A stretch of 20,982 nt of DNA from Limisphaerales bacterium (lineage in GTDB: Bacteria; Verrucomicrobiota; Verrucomicrobiia; Limisphaerales; SIBE01). The notes below the pieces were generated by a model that was not told the origin of the DNA, did not search any database, and saw only the letters and a list, made by a program, of their open reading frames with translations. Numbering within the stretch: the stretch's first letter is position 1; the number at the start of each line of letters is the position of its first letter. Below are positions 8,601 through 15,257 of the stretch, piece after piece. The position numbers and the translations under genes are program-made. Where the stretch lies: positions 62,001-82,982 of the forward strand of contig JBGAIN010000014.1 of the NCBI GenBank assembly GCA_044225505.1, in the 5' to 3' direction.

Positions 8601-9903
8601 TCTCCAAGGGAAGACGTGGCGAGGCGAGTTCCTGAATCTGAAGAAGAACGGCGAACCTTTTTCGGAGCTGGCCAGTATCTCCCCCGTCATGGATGAAGCG
8701 GGCGCTATCACTCATTTCTTAGCGATCAAAGAAGACATCACCCAACGGAAACAGCTCGAAGAGCAGTTCCGCCAGGCGCAGAAGATGGAAGCGATCGGGC
8801 AATTGGCCGGCGGCGTCGCGCATGATTTCAATAACATTCTCGCTGCGATTATCATGCAGGCCGACCTGTCGTCCCGAACGCCAAACTTGCCCACCGAGGT
8901 CGCGGAGGATATGGAACAAATTCGCTCGTCCGCCGAGCGGGCTGCCCAACTCACGCGACAGTTGCTTCTTTTTAGCCGCCGCCAAGTGATGCAACCGCGC
9001 GACCTGGACCTCAACGAGGTCGTGACCAGCCTGGCGAAAATGCTCCAACGCATCATCGGGGAAGATATCCGTCTGCAATTGAATCTTCATCCCGTCGCTC
9101 TGCATGTCTATGCGGACGCAGGAATGCTTGATCAAGTGCTGCTAAACCTCGCGGTCAACGCCCGGGACGCCATGCCTCAAGGCGGCCGACTAACCATTAG
9201 CACGTCCCTCAGGCTGCTGGACGAAACTTCCGCTCGCCTTAAACCAGGCGTTTCGTCCGGCTCGTATGCTTCCATCAGTGTGCAGGACACCGGCTGCGGC
9301 ATTTCAGAATCCATTTTGCCGCGCATTTTCGAGCCGTTCTTCACCACAAAAGAGGTAGGCAAAGGAACCGGACTTGGCTTGGCGACAGTTTTCGGCATCA
9401 TCAAACAACACCAAGGATGGATTGATGTGCAAAGCCAAGCCGGACACGGTGCCACTTTTCACGTCTTCCTTCCCGAAGCTGTCGTCTTATCGACAACTTC
9501 TGAAATCGGCGCGCCCGTCCGGCCCCGCTTTGGCACCGAAACCATCCTTCTAGCGGAGGACGATGCGACCCTGCGCAAGTTAACGAGAGAACTTCTGCAG
9601 TGTCATGGATATACTGTCCTCGAAGCTTCCGACGGGATCGAAGCTCAACGAGCTTGGCAGGCTCACAGTGGCACCATCGCATTACTCCTGACCGATCTCG
9701 TTATGCCAGCCGGTCTGAGCGGACAGGAATTGGCATGCCGTTTACGCAGCGAACGGCCGGGCCTCAAAGTCATCTTCACGAGCGGATATAGCGCCGAGTT
9801 TGCCGGACGTGAGCTAGAGCTCCGGCCTGGAGAGAATTTCCTGCAAAAACCGTGCGCGCCGGATGAGCTGCTGGAAACCGTCCGCCGCTGTTTGGATGTC
9901 TGA
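5638..9903 (+). CDS. Membrane-anchored hybrid sensor histidine kinase/response regulator (2TM-PAS-GAF-5xPAS-HisKA-HATPase-REC)
   Basis: Two N-terminal TMs (YAAVGSLWIGASDW.., KGWCFVAVTTLLL). Six PAS/PAC units ending DVTEKK, DITEQR, NVTERK, DISDRK, DITSRK, DITQRK. GAF region (RLYAMLSQINQSIVR..AVAALPI). H-box AGGVAHDFNNIL (His codon 8821-8823), N-box QVLLNLAVNARDAM, DTGCG, FEPFFTTK, GTGLGL. Receiver LLAEDD..LLTDLVMP..LQKP. The start could be TTG 5590; ATG 5638 was chosen. Confidence 0.96.
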   Translation: MLQPNQSTSAGPATDRTLPKFSWAPTRSQAIRIALWYAAVGSLWIGASDWVLLRLVQQPAAIELYGNLKGWCFVAVTTLLLGTTLDRYFRNLRDSARRRCEAEDHLRLVGDNLPDSYLYQCIHVPGGRPTFVHISAGVKRVHGFTPDEVLSDANCLLQQVAPGQRATMAKAEEASARDLSDFEIELPIRRRDGSSGTIYVRSRPSKLPNGQILWEGFVTDVTEKKTHEREFQRLARLYAMLSQINQSIVRVKSRDELFTKVCQATTAFGGFTLVWIGWLDRETRNLRPVQCSGAASVYVETLVGSAINPMESRDPVCQCVREQRPSIVNDFQDDSTGAEQRSQTLKYNLRAVAALPIRLHGEVCGAVAVYADEIGVFQDKEIALLEETAVDISFALDRLDEEERRRQVEEALGESKAKLEAALESMTDAVGIANAEGRFVEFNESFAAFHRFKNKTECAKVQTDYAALLDVFTVDGKTAPLSDWPVPRALRGETVTNAEYSLRRKDTSETWTGSFSFAPIRDKGGTIVGSVVAGRDITEQRHSEEKVRLFRALIERSPDEIHVIDPSTGRFLDVNESAWQSLGYTREELLALTWSDVAPGLDHALLGSNARTLGHVAMDALHRRKDGSTYPVEVSLSGIVLEREYLVAINRNVTERKQAEEELRESECRFRTFVETAPEAIFVRTNNRFAYLNPAALKVFGASSENQLLGQSPLERFHPDVRDQVAIRMRQLDIDGEPTLSSDRELLRLDGTSVHVSISAVSVLYRGQPSALVFARDISDRKRAEASMRERLELQNQFAKVAATVPGAIYSFQLRRDGTMAMPYASASLLGIFGVDPEQVQQDATPILALIYPDDIQRVRDSILTSAQTLQPWREEFRTAHRQLGTIWVEGHSVPQLAPDGSVLWHGFLHDITSRKLAEEQLRKLSRAVDQSPVSIVITDAKGTIEYVNPKFTDLTGYTLAEVRGKNPSVLKSGTTPASKYAALWKTILQGKTWRGEFLNLKKNGEPFSELASISPVMDEAGAITHFLAIKEDITQRKQLEEQFRQAQKMEAIGQLAGGVAHDFNNILAAIIMQADLSSRTPNLPTEVAEDMEQIRSSAERAAQLTRQLLLFSRRQVMQPRDLDLNEVVTSLAKMLQRIIGEDIRLQLNLHPVALHVYADAGMLDQVLLNLAVNARDAMPQGGRLTISTSLRLLDETSARLKPGVSSGSYASISVQDTGCGISESILPRIFEPFFTTKEVGKGTGLGLATVFGIIKQHQGWIDVQSQAGHGATFHVFLPEAVVLSTTSEIGAPVRPRFGTETILLAEDDATLRKLTRELLQCHGYTVLEASDGIEAQRAWQAHSGTIALLLTDLVMPAGLSGQELACRLRSERPGLKVIFTSGYSAEFAGRELELRPGENFLQKPCAPDELLETVRRCLDV

Positions 9904-9992
9904 GATCGATACCGTCAGCACCGAACGTTCATCGCGGAGATCAGACTGGATCGAAGCTCCACTCGTCCGACGCCTGAGTCCATGACGTCATT

Positions 9993-10202
9993 TCATGGAT
10001 TAGTCCCTCCCGATCTGATGAGATCCCGGGCTTTCCCATAGTTTTCGTCTCGGAGAACCCACAGCTCCGTCATAAAAGGCATTCCCATCTCAGCCTGGGA
10101 CACGGCCTGGTTCCGGACCTCGCATTCAATGCCTTCGGCGTCGAGCAGACTCTGGATCAGTCCGATCCGCGCTGGATCTGGGGAAGAAAAGACGTGCTTC
10201 AT
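9993..10202 (-). CDS. DUF2007 domain small protein (putative signal-transducing protein)
   Basis: 69 aa, MKHVFSS..LIQSLLDAEGIECEVRN..ELWV..ARDLI, matching the DUF2007 pattern. ATG overlaps the upstream stop (ATGA at 10202-10199). Confidence 0.85.
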   Translation of the reverse strand: MKHVFSSPDPARIGLIQSLLDAEGIECEVRNQAVSQAEMGMPFMTELWVLRDENYGKARDLIRSGGTNP

Positions 10203-10522
10203 ACTTGGGATCTTGTGCTCTGTTCCGATTTGCTGTCTACAGGCTTAAGGAGACGCGTTAGGTCGCTCTTGCTGAAATGGGCCAAAGGTCGTTTGCTCCG
10301 CCATGGCAGGTTAAAGGAGAAGTCGAAGAGCTGAGCAAAGATTTCTGTTCGCCTCGGTGGCAGGTCCCACTGCACGTCGACTGTCCAGCCGTGGCTCCCG
10401 CTAGGATGCACACTGACTACTGTACCCCGGGTTCCCATAGGAACGTCCGGGAGCTCGATTACCGTCTTAACGGTTAGACCGACTTGATGCCGAGCTTCGG
10501 ACTCTGAAAAGGATTCATTCAT
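10199..10522 (-). CDS. Hypothetical protein, probable SH3-like beta-barrel
   Basis: 107-aa ATG ORF preceded by purine-rich AGAAGGGAA. Pattern VGLTVKT..VPMGTRGTVV..WTVDVQWD. 4-nt overlap with the DUF2007 gene. Confidence 0.75.
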   Translation of the reverse strand: MNESFSESEARHQVGLTVKTVIELPDVPMGTRGTVVSVHPSGSHGWTVDVQWDLPPRRTEIFAQLFDFSFNLPWRSKRPLAHFSKSDLTRLLKPVDSKSEQSTRSQV

Positions 10523-10558
10523 AGCGGGTTCCCTTCTAATTCCAGGCCGGCCGTTGCC

Positions 10559-10753
10559 CTATTTAGTCTCGTTCGGTTGCCGGGTCACGGCAAAGAAGAT
10601 GACATAGATCCAGGAGAATACCCCAGCAAGGATCGCCCAGAGGATCGAACGATTGCGCTCCCAGGAACACACCACCGCAATCGCGGCACCGAGACCGATA
10701 CCATTTTCGGCAACCGTTTGGGTCGTTTGACCGATAATTTGAGCAAAAATCAT
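10559..10753 (-). CDS. Small conserved-looking two-TM membrane protein, function unknown
   Basis: 64 aa with GIGLGAAIAVVCSW-ERNRS-ILWAILAGVFSWIYVIFFAVTR: two hydrophobic helices joined by a short polar loop. It resembles a small hypothetical family I recall; no name assigned. Confidence 0.75.
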   Translation of the reverse strand: MIFAQIIGQTTQTVAENGIGLGAAIAVVCSWERNRSILWAILAGVFSWIYVIFFAVTRQPNETK

Positions 10754-11040
10754 AAGTCTTACGCTTCAACAATACGAAACCACAAATCGATGCTAATGCC
10801 AGCAATGCCAGTCGCATATTACAGAATCCGGCTTCTGTTATAGACCAACCGCATCGCCAGGTCGCAGAACGGCGAGTGGACTCCGACAAGCGCTTCTTGG
10901 GAACCTGGGCGGAGATAGGCGGGCAAAGGACGTGCGCGCCGCCGCCGGAGACGGGGCGACGCACAGGTACGACCGCAGGGTAAGGGCGCGTGCCAGCTCC
11001 TCGCAACCAGGAGGCGTCCATCAGGGGTGAAGATACGTTT

Positions 11041-11129
11041 TTAACACGGAGACTACATGGAATAAAAAGGGCTTTAACACGGATCATATCCGAGTTAAAT
11101 CCGTGTTTGATCCGTGTTATATCCCTGTT
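11041..11129. repeat. Palindromic array of 11-bp units (4 forward + 4 inverted), core AACACGGAT
   Basis: ttaacacggag|actacatggaa|taaaaagggct|ttaacacggat|c|atatccgagtt|aaatccgtgtt|tgatccgtgtt|atatccctgtt. AT-rich island in an intergenic region. Confidence 0.8.
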
Positions 11130-11214
11130 ATAACCGAATCAAATCGAAAAGGCGTAGCCTCGTGCGGTCTGGTTCAGGATTGGAATAGGGCGATCGACTC
11201 CGCGACCGAAGCTC

Positions 11215-12252
11215 TCAGTCTTCCGAGCAGTTCAGCATCGCGTCGACTTTGGCCATCATCGTCGCCTCGTGCCCCGGGACGCTAAGCACGTCGCACTCGC
11301 TCCCCAGGATGAACGGGTGTTGCGCCACGCGCATGCGTTGAAGAAGTTCTCGGGCAACACGTTCAACGTCTTCGAGGCAGATCAACGCATCGGAATAGAA
11401 CCGTTTCGTGGGCAGGTTGCCGTAAAGCACCGTGGTGCGAGGAACGAGCGCTGCGTCTTCCCATAGTCTCCGCGAACTCCCCAAGCTCAGAATCGCTGGA
11501 TCCAAGGTGGCGAATCGGCGCACCATGTCGTCCACCAACTCGCCGCAGTTATGGAAAATGAGATCCACGCCGTGCGCGCGGAGCAATTCTCGAATTCGCC
11601 GATTGGGTTCCATCACCAGGCGGTCAAACACAGCCAGGCTCTTGGCCAATTGATTGGGTGAGAAATAGACCTGGTTTGCGGCGGGTTCGCAGACGATCAC
11701 TGCTTTGGCTCCAGCGAGGATCTGTTGCTCGATGTACTGGCAGACGGCTTCGGTGGCCAAGGCAAGCATGTTTTCCAGCAACATCACTTCGGGATCCTCC
11801 TTGGGGGTCGCACCGCGACCCGCCAAAAAGACCGGGGTGATGGGATCGGAAACGAGTTTGGTTGTGAGCGAGAATGGCCCGATGGCCATGCCAACCGGCA
11901 GCAGAATCGTTTCCTGAGCGATCCAGCGGATGCCTTCGCAAACGGCTCTCATTCGTGGTGTGAGCGTGATCTTTGGAAGCTCCGAGATTGGATTAGTAAA
12001 ATGGTAAGGCTCGGAGTCGGATTCGGCAAGGCCGCACGACGCAAGCAGAGCGGCTTTTTCCAGGGTCAGGTCCATGAGAGGCAGCGCCAAGGGCGAACGA
12101 AACCGCTGGGCCGCCTTTTCGACGAGAGCACCGAGGCGTGGCCCATCTGCCAGGATGTCGTCGGGATTCGACTCTTCGTGCAGGACCAGATGCGTTCCGA
12201 TCGGGAGGCGCAGCCCCTGCGCCGCCCAGTGGAGATAAAGGTCGCGTTCCAT
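11215..12252 (-). CDS. Uroporphyrinogen decarboxylase (URO-D)/MtaA-CmuA superfamily protein, probably not a true HemE
   Basis: GPFSL, QILAGAKAVIVCEPAA, LIFHNCG, LYGNLP and FILGSECDV motifs. Start moved to ATG 12252 because the 12363 start overlaps the upstream gene. Confidence 0.88.
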   Translation of the reverse strand: MERDLYLHWAAQGLRLPIGTHLVLHEESNPDDILADGPRLGALVEKAAQRFRSPLALPLMDLTLEKAALLASCGLAESDSEPYHFTNPISELPKITLTPRMRAVCEGIRWIAQETILLPVGMAIGPFSLTTKLVSDPITPVFLAGRGATPKEDPEVMLLENMLALATEAVCQYIEQQILAGAKAVIVCEPAANQVYFSPNQLAKSLAVFDRLVMEPNRRIRELLRAHGVDLIFHNCGELVDDMVRRFATLDPAILSLGSSRRLWEDAALVPRTTVLYGNLPTKRFYSDALICLEDVERVARELLQRMRVAQHPFILGSECDVLSVPGHEATMMAKVDAMLNCSED

Positions 12253-12280
12253 AATCGGTGCGGCGGAAAGTGAGCAACCG

Positions 12281-13150
12281 TTAAGGCTGCCCTTTCTCAG
12301 GGCTGGAAGATGCCGGCAGTTTGAAGTCGGGAAGCCCAAGGCGAAGTGTCGGCCGCTCGACAACAGACCTGAGCGAGAGGGTCTGCTTGGTCTCGCCGCC
12401 GGTCTGCAGAAAAAAGCCTTCGTCCGTCAAACCGGCGTTGATGGTTTCTCGAGCTTCCCACTCTGCGCCCGACGCGGTGAACCGCGCCCGGACGAGAGCG
12501 ACCCAATCTCCAGCGGCGGTTTTGGCCCAGCCATCGCTCCACCGCGCTCGGCGTGTCGCGCGAGCGCTTTGGGTATCCCGGCGGAAGTCTTCCACGAACG
12601 AGTATAGTCCTTTCAACCGGTGTCCGCCGGTCCGAGTGCGGAAAGTAACGAGTGGACGCCACTGCTGTTTGGTCGAATCGTAGACGTACCCGGAGTAAGC
12701 GCTTTTGGTTCCATCCGGAACGGCGCGGACGAGGAAATGATTGGTTTGACCAACGGTCCAGGGGAAGTCTCCCAGGCATTGACCGCCAGTTCCTTCACCC
12801 CCGAAACGCCGAATCCGCATGGCCGGGTCGCTGAACAGGCATTCGACGCGCTCGCCCGCCGCTACCTTGTTCGGATCGTCCCCTTCGGTCGGATCCCAAA
12901 CAGAAAACAAAATGACTTTTCGGCCATCGGCAAGTTCCTGAATGCCAAAATAGCCGGTGTTCCAACCGCAAGCCATAAAGTAACTGCCCGGAACAGACTG
13001 TTCGACCACCATGGCCGTGCAAAACAGTTCCGCCTCGGGCGCTAACCATCCCCAATGCACGGAACGAGCTGCTCGCGGCTCGGATGGCTCCGCGGCCTGG
13101 CTAGCTGGGAACCAGAGTATCGAAAGCAAAACACATAGCGCGAGTTTCAT
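12281..13150 (-). CDS. DUF3472 domain secreted protein
   Basis: Signal peptide MKLALCVLLSILWFPASQA; SYFMACGWNTGYFGIQ, ILFSVWDP, FGGEGTGGQ and YSFVEDF motifs characteristic of DUF3472. Confidence 0.85.
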   Translation of the reverse strand: MKLALCVLLSILWFPASQAAEPSEPRAARSVHWGWLAPEAELFCTAMVVEQSVPGSYFMACGWNTGYFGIQELADGRKVILFSVWDPTEGDDPNKVAAGERVECLFSDPAMRIRRFGGEGTGGQCLGDFPWTVGQTNHFLVRAVPDGTKSAYSGYVYDSTKQQWRPLVTFRTRTGGHRLKGLYSFVEDFRRDTQSARATRRARWSDGWAKTAAGDWVALVRARFTASGAEWEARETINAGLTDEGFFLQTGGETKQTLSLRSVVERPTLRLGLPDFKLPASSSPEKGQP

Positions 13151-13185
13151 AGGAAGTGTTTGAGCGGCGGGTTTAACATGAGAGG

Positions 13186-13199
13186 CATTTGGCCAAATG
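13186..13199. promoter_or_regulatory. Perfect 14-bp palindrome, candidate operator
   Basis: CATTTGGCCAAATG is its own reverse complement. It lies in the 54-bp gap, about 35 nt upstream of the DUF3472 start. Confidence 0.4.
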
Positions 13200-13204
13200 T
13201 GGAG

Positions 13205-13807
13205 CTAAGCGGGCCGCTTCATCTCAAAACGGTCGCGAGTCCGGCAGTACCAATGAGGCGATGCCATCCGGCCAATCAGAAACAAGCGATCACTGTGCAC
13301 CCGCTTCCTTTCCACATCGAACAGATCGTCGCGGAGATGAATACGTTTCACCAGACCTACCACAATGCGATTCTCGCCGATGCGCAAGGTTCCCCACTCT
13401 TGGCATTCCAGGCTCACGGGAGACTCGGCGATGCGCGGCGGTTTCACGACGGACGACCCTCGCGCATGCAAGCCCGCGTGCTGCAATTCATCCTGGCCAT
13501 AGGGAAGCGAGGCCGCGCATTGATTCATGGCTTCCGCCAAGCCTTCGTCGACCAGATTGACAACGAATTCGTGAGTCAGCGCGATGTTACGCGCGGTGTC
13601 TTTAGGAGTTCCATCGTCGCGATCTCCCGGTGCGACGGCTACCACCGGAGGCTCCGCACCAAGCACATTGAAGAAACTGAAAGGAGCGGCGTTGACTTTT
13701 CCGTCCGGACTAACCGTCGTCACGAGCGCAATCGGACGCGGGACCACCAAGCTGGCGAGGATCGGATAAGCCCGCTCGGCCAGAGGCCCTTCCAAGTCGA
13801 TTTCCAT
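13205..13807 (-). CDS. Flavin reductase (DIM6/NTAB, flavoredoxin-like) family protein
   Basis: VVPRPIALVTT..G.VNAAPFSFFN, KDTARNI..EFVVNLV, PPRIAESPVSLEC and IGRM..WYC motifs. Confidence 0.95.
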   Translation of the reverse strand: MEIDLEGPLAERAYPILASLVVPRPIALVTTVSPDGKVNAAPFSFFNVLGAEPPVVAVAPGDRDDGTPKDTARNIALTHEFVVNLVDEGLAEAMNQCAASLPYGQDELQHAGLHARGSSVVKPPRIAESPVSLECQEWGTLRIGENRIVVGLVKRIHLRDDLFDVERKRVHSDRLFLIGRMASPHWYCRTRDRFEMKRPA

Positions 13808-13843
13808 ACTTCATCACGGTGCCTCGTCTGGAAAAGGAGTCAA
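13808..13843 (-). promoter_or_regulatory. Candidate leaderless promoter for the flavin reductase gene
   Basis: TTGACT (13843-13838), 16 nt, CACCGT (13821-13816), 8 nt, ATG. No clear Shine-Dalgarno. Confidence 0.35.
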
Positions 13844-13944
13844 TCGTTACTGCGCGCCGAGAAACGGCGCGAAAGCTGGCAGGAGGTAAGGAACACTTGT
13901 TCGAGGAATGAGTTAAAAACTCCGCAGCCAAAGATCGCTCAGTT

Positions 13945-15096
13945 CTATTTCTTCACCCCTGGAGCCGAGTCGGACAGTAACTTAACAATTGCCTTTCGGT
14001 CCTGGAGTTTTTCGACGACTTGGAGCGCGGTAAACCCCTGAGCGGTCTTGGCACTGATTCGGGCTCCAGCAGCGAGCAGGATGCGCACGGACTCGGCATT
14101 GCCGAAATAGGCGGCGCAAATCAAAGGCGTAGCGCCAAATCGATTGGTCCGATTAATATCAGCGCCTCGGGCTAAAAGCAGAGGAATCGCCGGTGGCAAA
14201 GATCTGGCCGCCTCGAAAAGCATAGGCTCATCGCTCGGATCCGCACCGTTAGGATCTGCGCCATTTTCCAAAAGGCATTTAACAATGTTGGTCTGGCCGC
14301 TGGCCACAGCTTCAAATAGAGCGGAACTACCGTCCGAAAGGCGGAGCGCCGGTTTCTTAGCCAGCAATAGCTGGAGGCATGGCAAATGGCCTTTCCGAGC
14401 CGCCCACATCAGCGCCGTCTTGGTACGCCCTTGTCGCGTGCCTAAGGAGTTTACGTTCGCTCCGTCCTTGAGCAGCAGTTTCACGACTTCCACGTGACCG
14501 TTGGCCGCGGCGGCAGCCAGAGGAGTCCACCGGCAATCGCTGGCTTGGTTCGGATCAACGCAACCATCGAGGAGTTCATTCACCTTGCGCGCGTCGCCCA
14601 AAGCGGCAGCGTAGACGATATGATCCGGGAGACTCCCTCCAGCCGCTCGCAAGATCTCTACGTTTTCTACGCGACCGGCCAAAGCGGCGCTTTGAATGAC
14701 GGTCAAACCATCCTCATCCCGCGTCTTCAACCTCGCCCCGCGCTTGAGCAGCATCTTCAGGATCGTGGGGTTTACGTTCGTCGCGGCTGCGAACAACACG
14801 TTCCATCCATTGGATCTCGAGAGGTTCGGATCGGCGCCTTCCGCGAGTAACATGGCCACGAGGTTCGTGTTCTGGCGGAGGGTAGCGAGCATAAGCGGGG
14901 TATAACCCGCTCGATTCGCTCGGTTCACGTCACTACCAGAAGCCAGCAGGCGTCGGGCCGTACGAGCGTCATCCTTGGCCACGGCATCGCTCAACCCCAC
15001 GCGTGGGCGTGTCTCCCCTGATAGCGCTGTGACTACACTCAAAAGCGCCCAAAGGCAAACGCAGCCGGACAGGCTGGCTCTGTAAGAGAGCGCCAT
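13945..15096 (-). CDS. Ankyrin repeat protein (about 10 repeats) with signal-peptide-like N-terminus
   Basis: GYTPLMLA, GWNVLFAA, WTPLAAAA..GHVEVVKLLLKDGANVN, KTALMWAA, GSSALFEAV..LLENGADPN, GATPLICAA, GFTAL repeats. Confidence 0.95.
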   Translation of the reverse strand: MALSYRASLSGCVCLWALLSVVTALSGETRPRVGLSDAVAKDDARTARRLLASGSDVNRANRAGYTPLMLATLRQNTNLVAMLLAEGADPNLSRSNGWNVLFAAATNVNPTILKMLLKRGARLKTRDEDGLTVIQSAALAGRVENVEILRAAGGSLPDHIVYAAALGDARKVNELLDGCVDPNQASDCRWTPLAAAAANGHVEVVKLLLKDGANVNSLGTRQGRTKTALMWAARKGHLPCLQLLLAKKPALRLSDGSSALFEAVASGQTNIVKCLLENGADPNGADPSDEPMLFEAARSLPPAIPLLLARGADINRTNRFGATPLICAAYFGNAESVRILLAAGARISAKTAQGFTALQVVEKLQDRKAIVKLLSDSAPGVKK

Positions 15097-15194
15097 GGAT
15101 TACCCTTTTAATAAACAACGTGTCTAATAGTTAAATCGGTTGAATTCGGCTTCTTGTAAACCGTCTTTTGGCGAATGCTGACCGTTGTTTGTGT

Positions 15195-15226
15195 AAAAAA
15201 AAGAGGCCAGGAACTCCCTGGCCTCT
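15195..15226 (-). terminator. Rho-independent terminator after the large surface-protein gene
   Basis: Minus strand AGAGGCCAGG-gagtt-CCTGGCCTCT followed by a T-run (A8 at 15195-15202 on +), about 31 nt after the stop codon. Confidence 0.9.
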
Positions 15227-15257
15227 CCGTGTTGACTAGCTTGATCGAAACGACGGG

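Noticed and set aside
9979..9999. ATGACGTCAT palindrome and TCCATGA/TCATGGA stem at the convergent junction
   Set aside because: Short, overlaps a stop codon, has no U-tract and no downstream gene to regulate; compatible with chance.
10921..10995. c-di-GMP-I riboswitch resemblance (GGGCAAA..GACGCA)
   Set aside because: Spacing, GNRA loop and P3 features do not fit, and it is on the strand opposite the neighbouring genes.
10563..11087. 174-aa minus-strand ORF starting inside the repeat element
   Set aside because: Overlaps the better-supported 64-aa membrane ORF in another frame; non-protein-like composition.
11041..11129. CRISPR array or plasmid iterons
   Set aside because: Units are 11 bp without unique spacers and are inverted; no cas or rep genes.
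12253..12363. Extended N-terminus of the URO-D-like ORF
   Set aside because: Overlaps the DUF3472 3' end; ATG 12252 gives a normal-sized protein.
13853..13871. CGCGCCG-agaaa-CGGCGCG hairpin as ankyrin terminator
   Set aside because: The stem is real but has no U-tract on the minus strand; function unsupported.
13160..14041. 293-aa plus-strand ORF
   Set aside because: Antisense to the flavin reductase and the ankyrin 3' end; no recognisable domain; a typical GC-rich shadow ORF.
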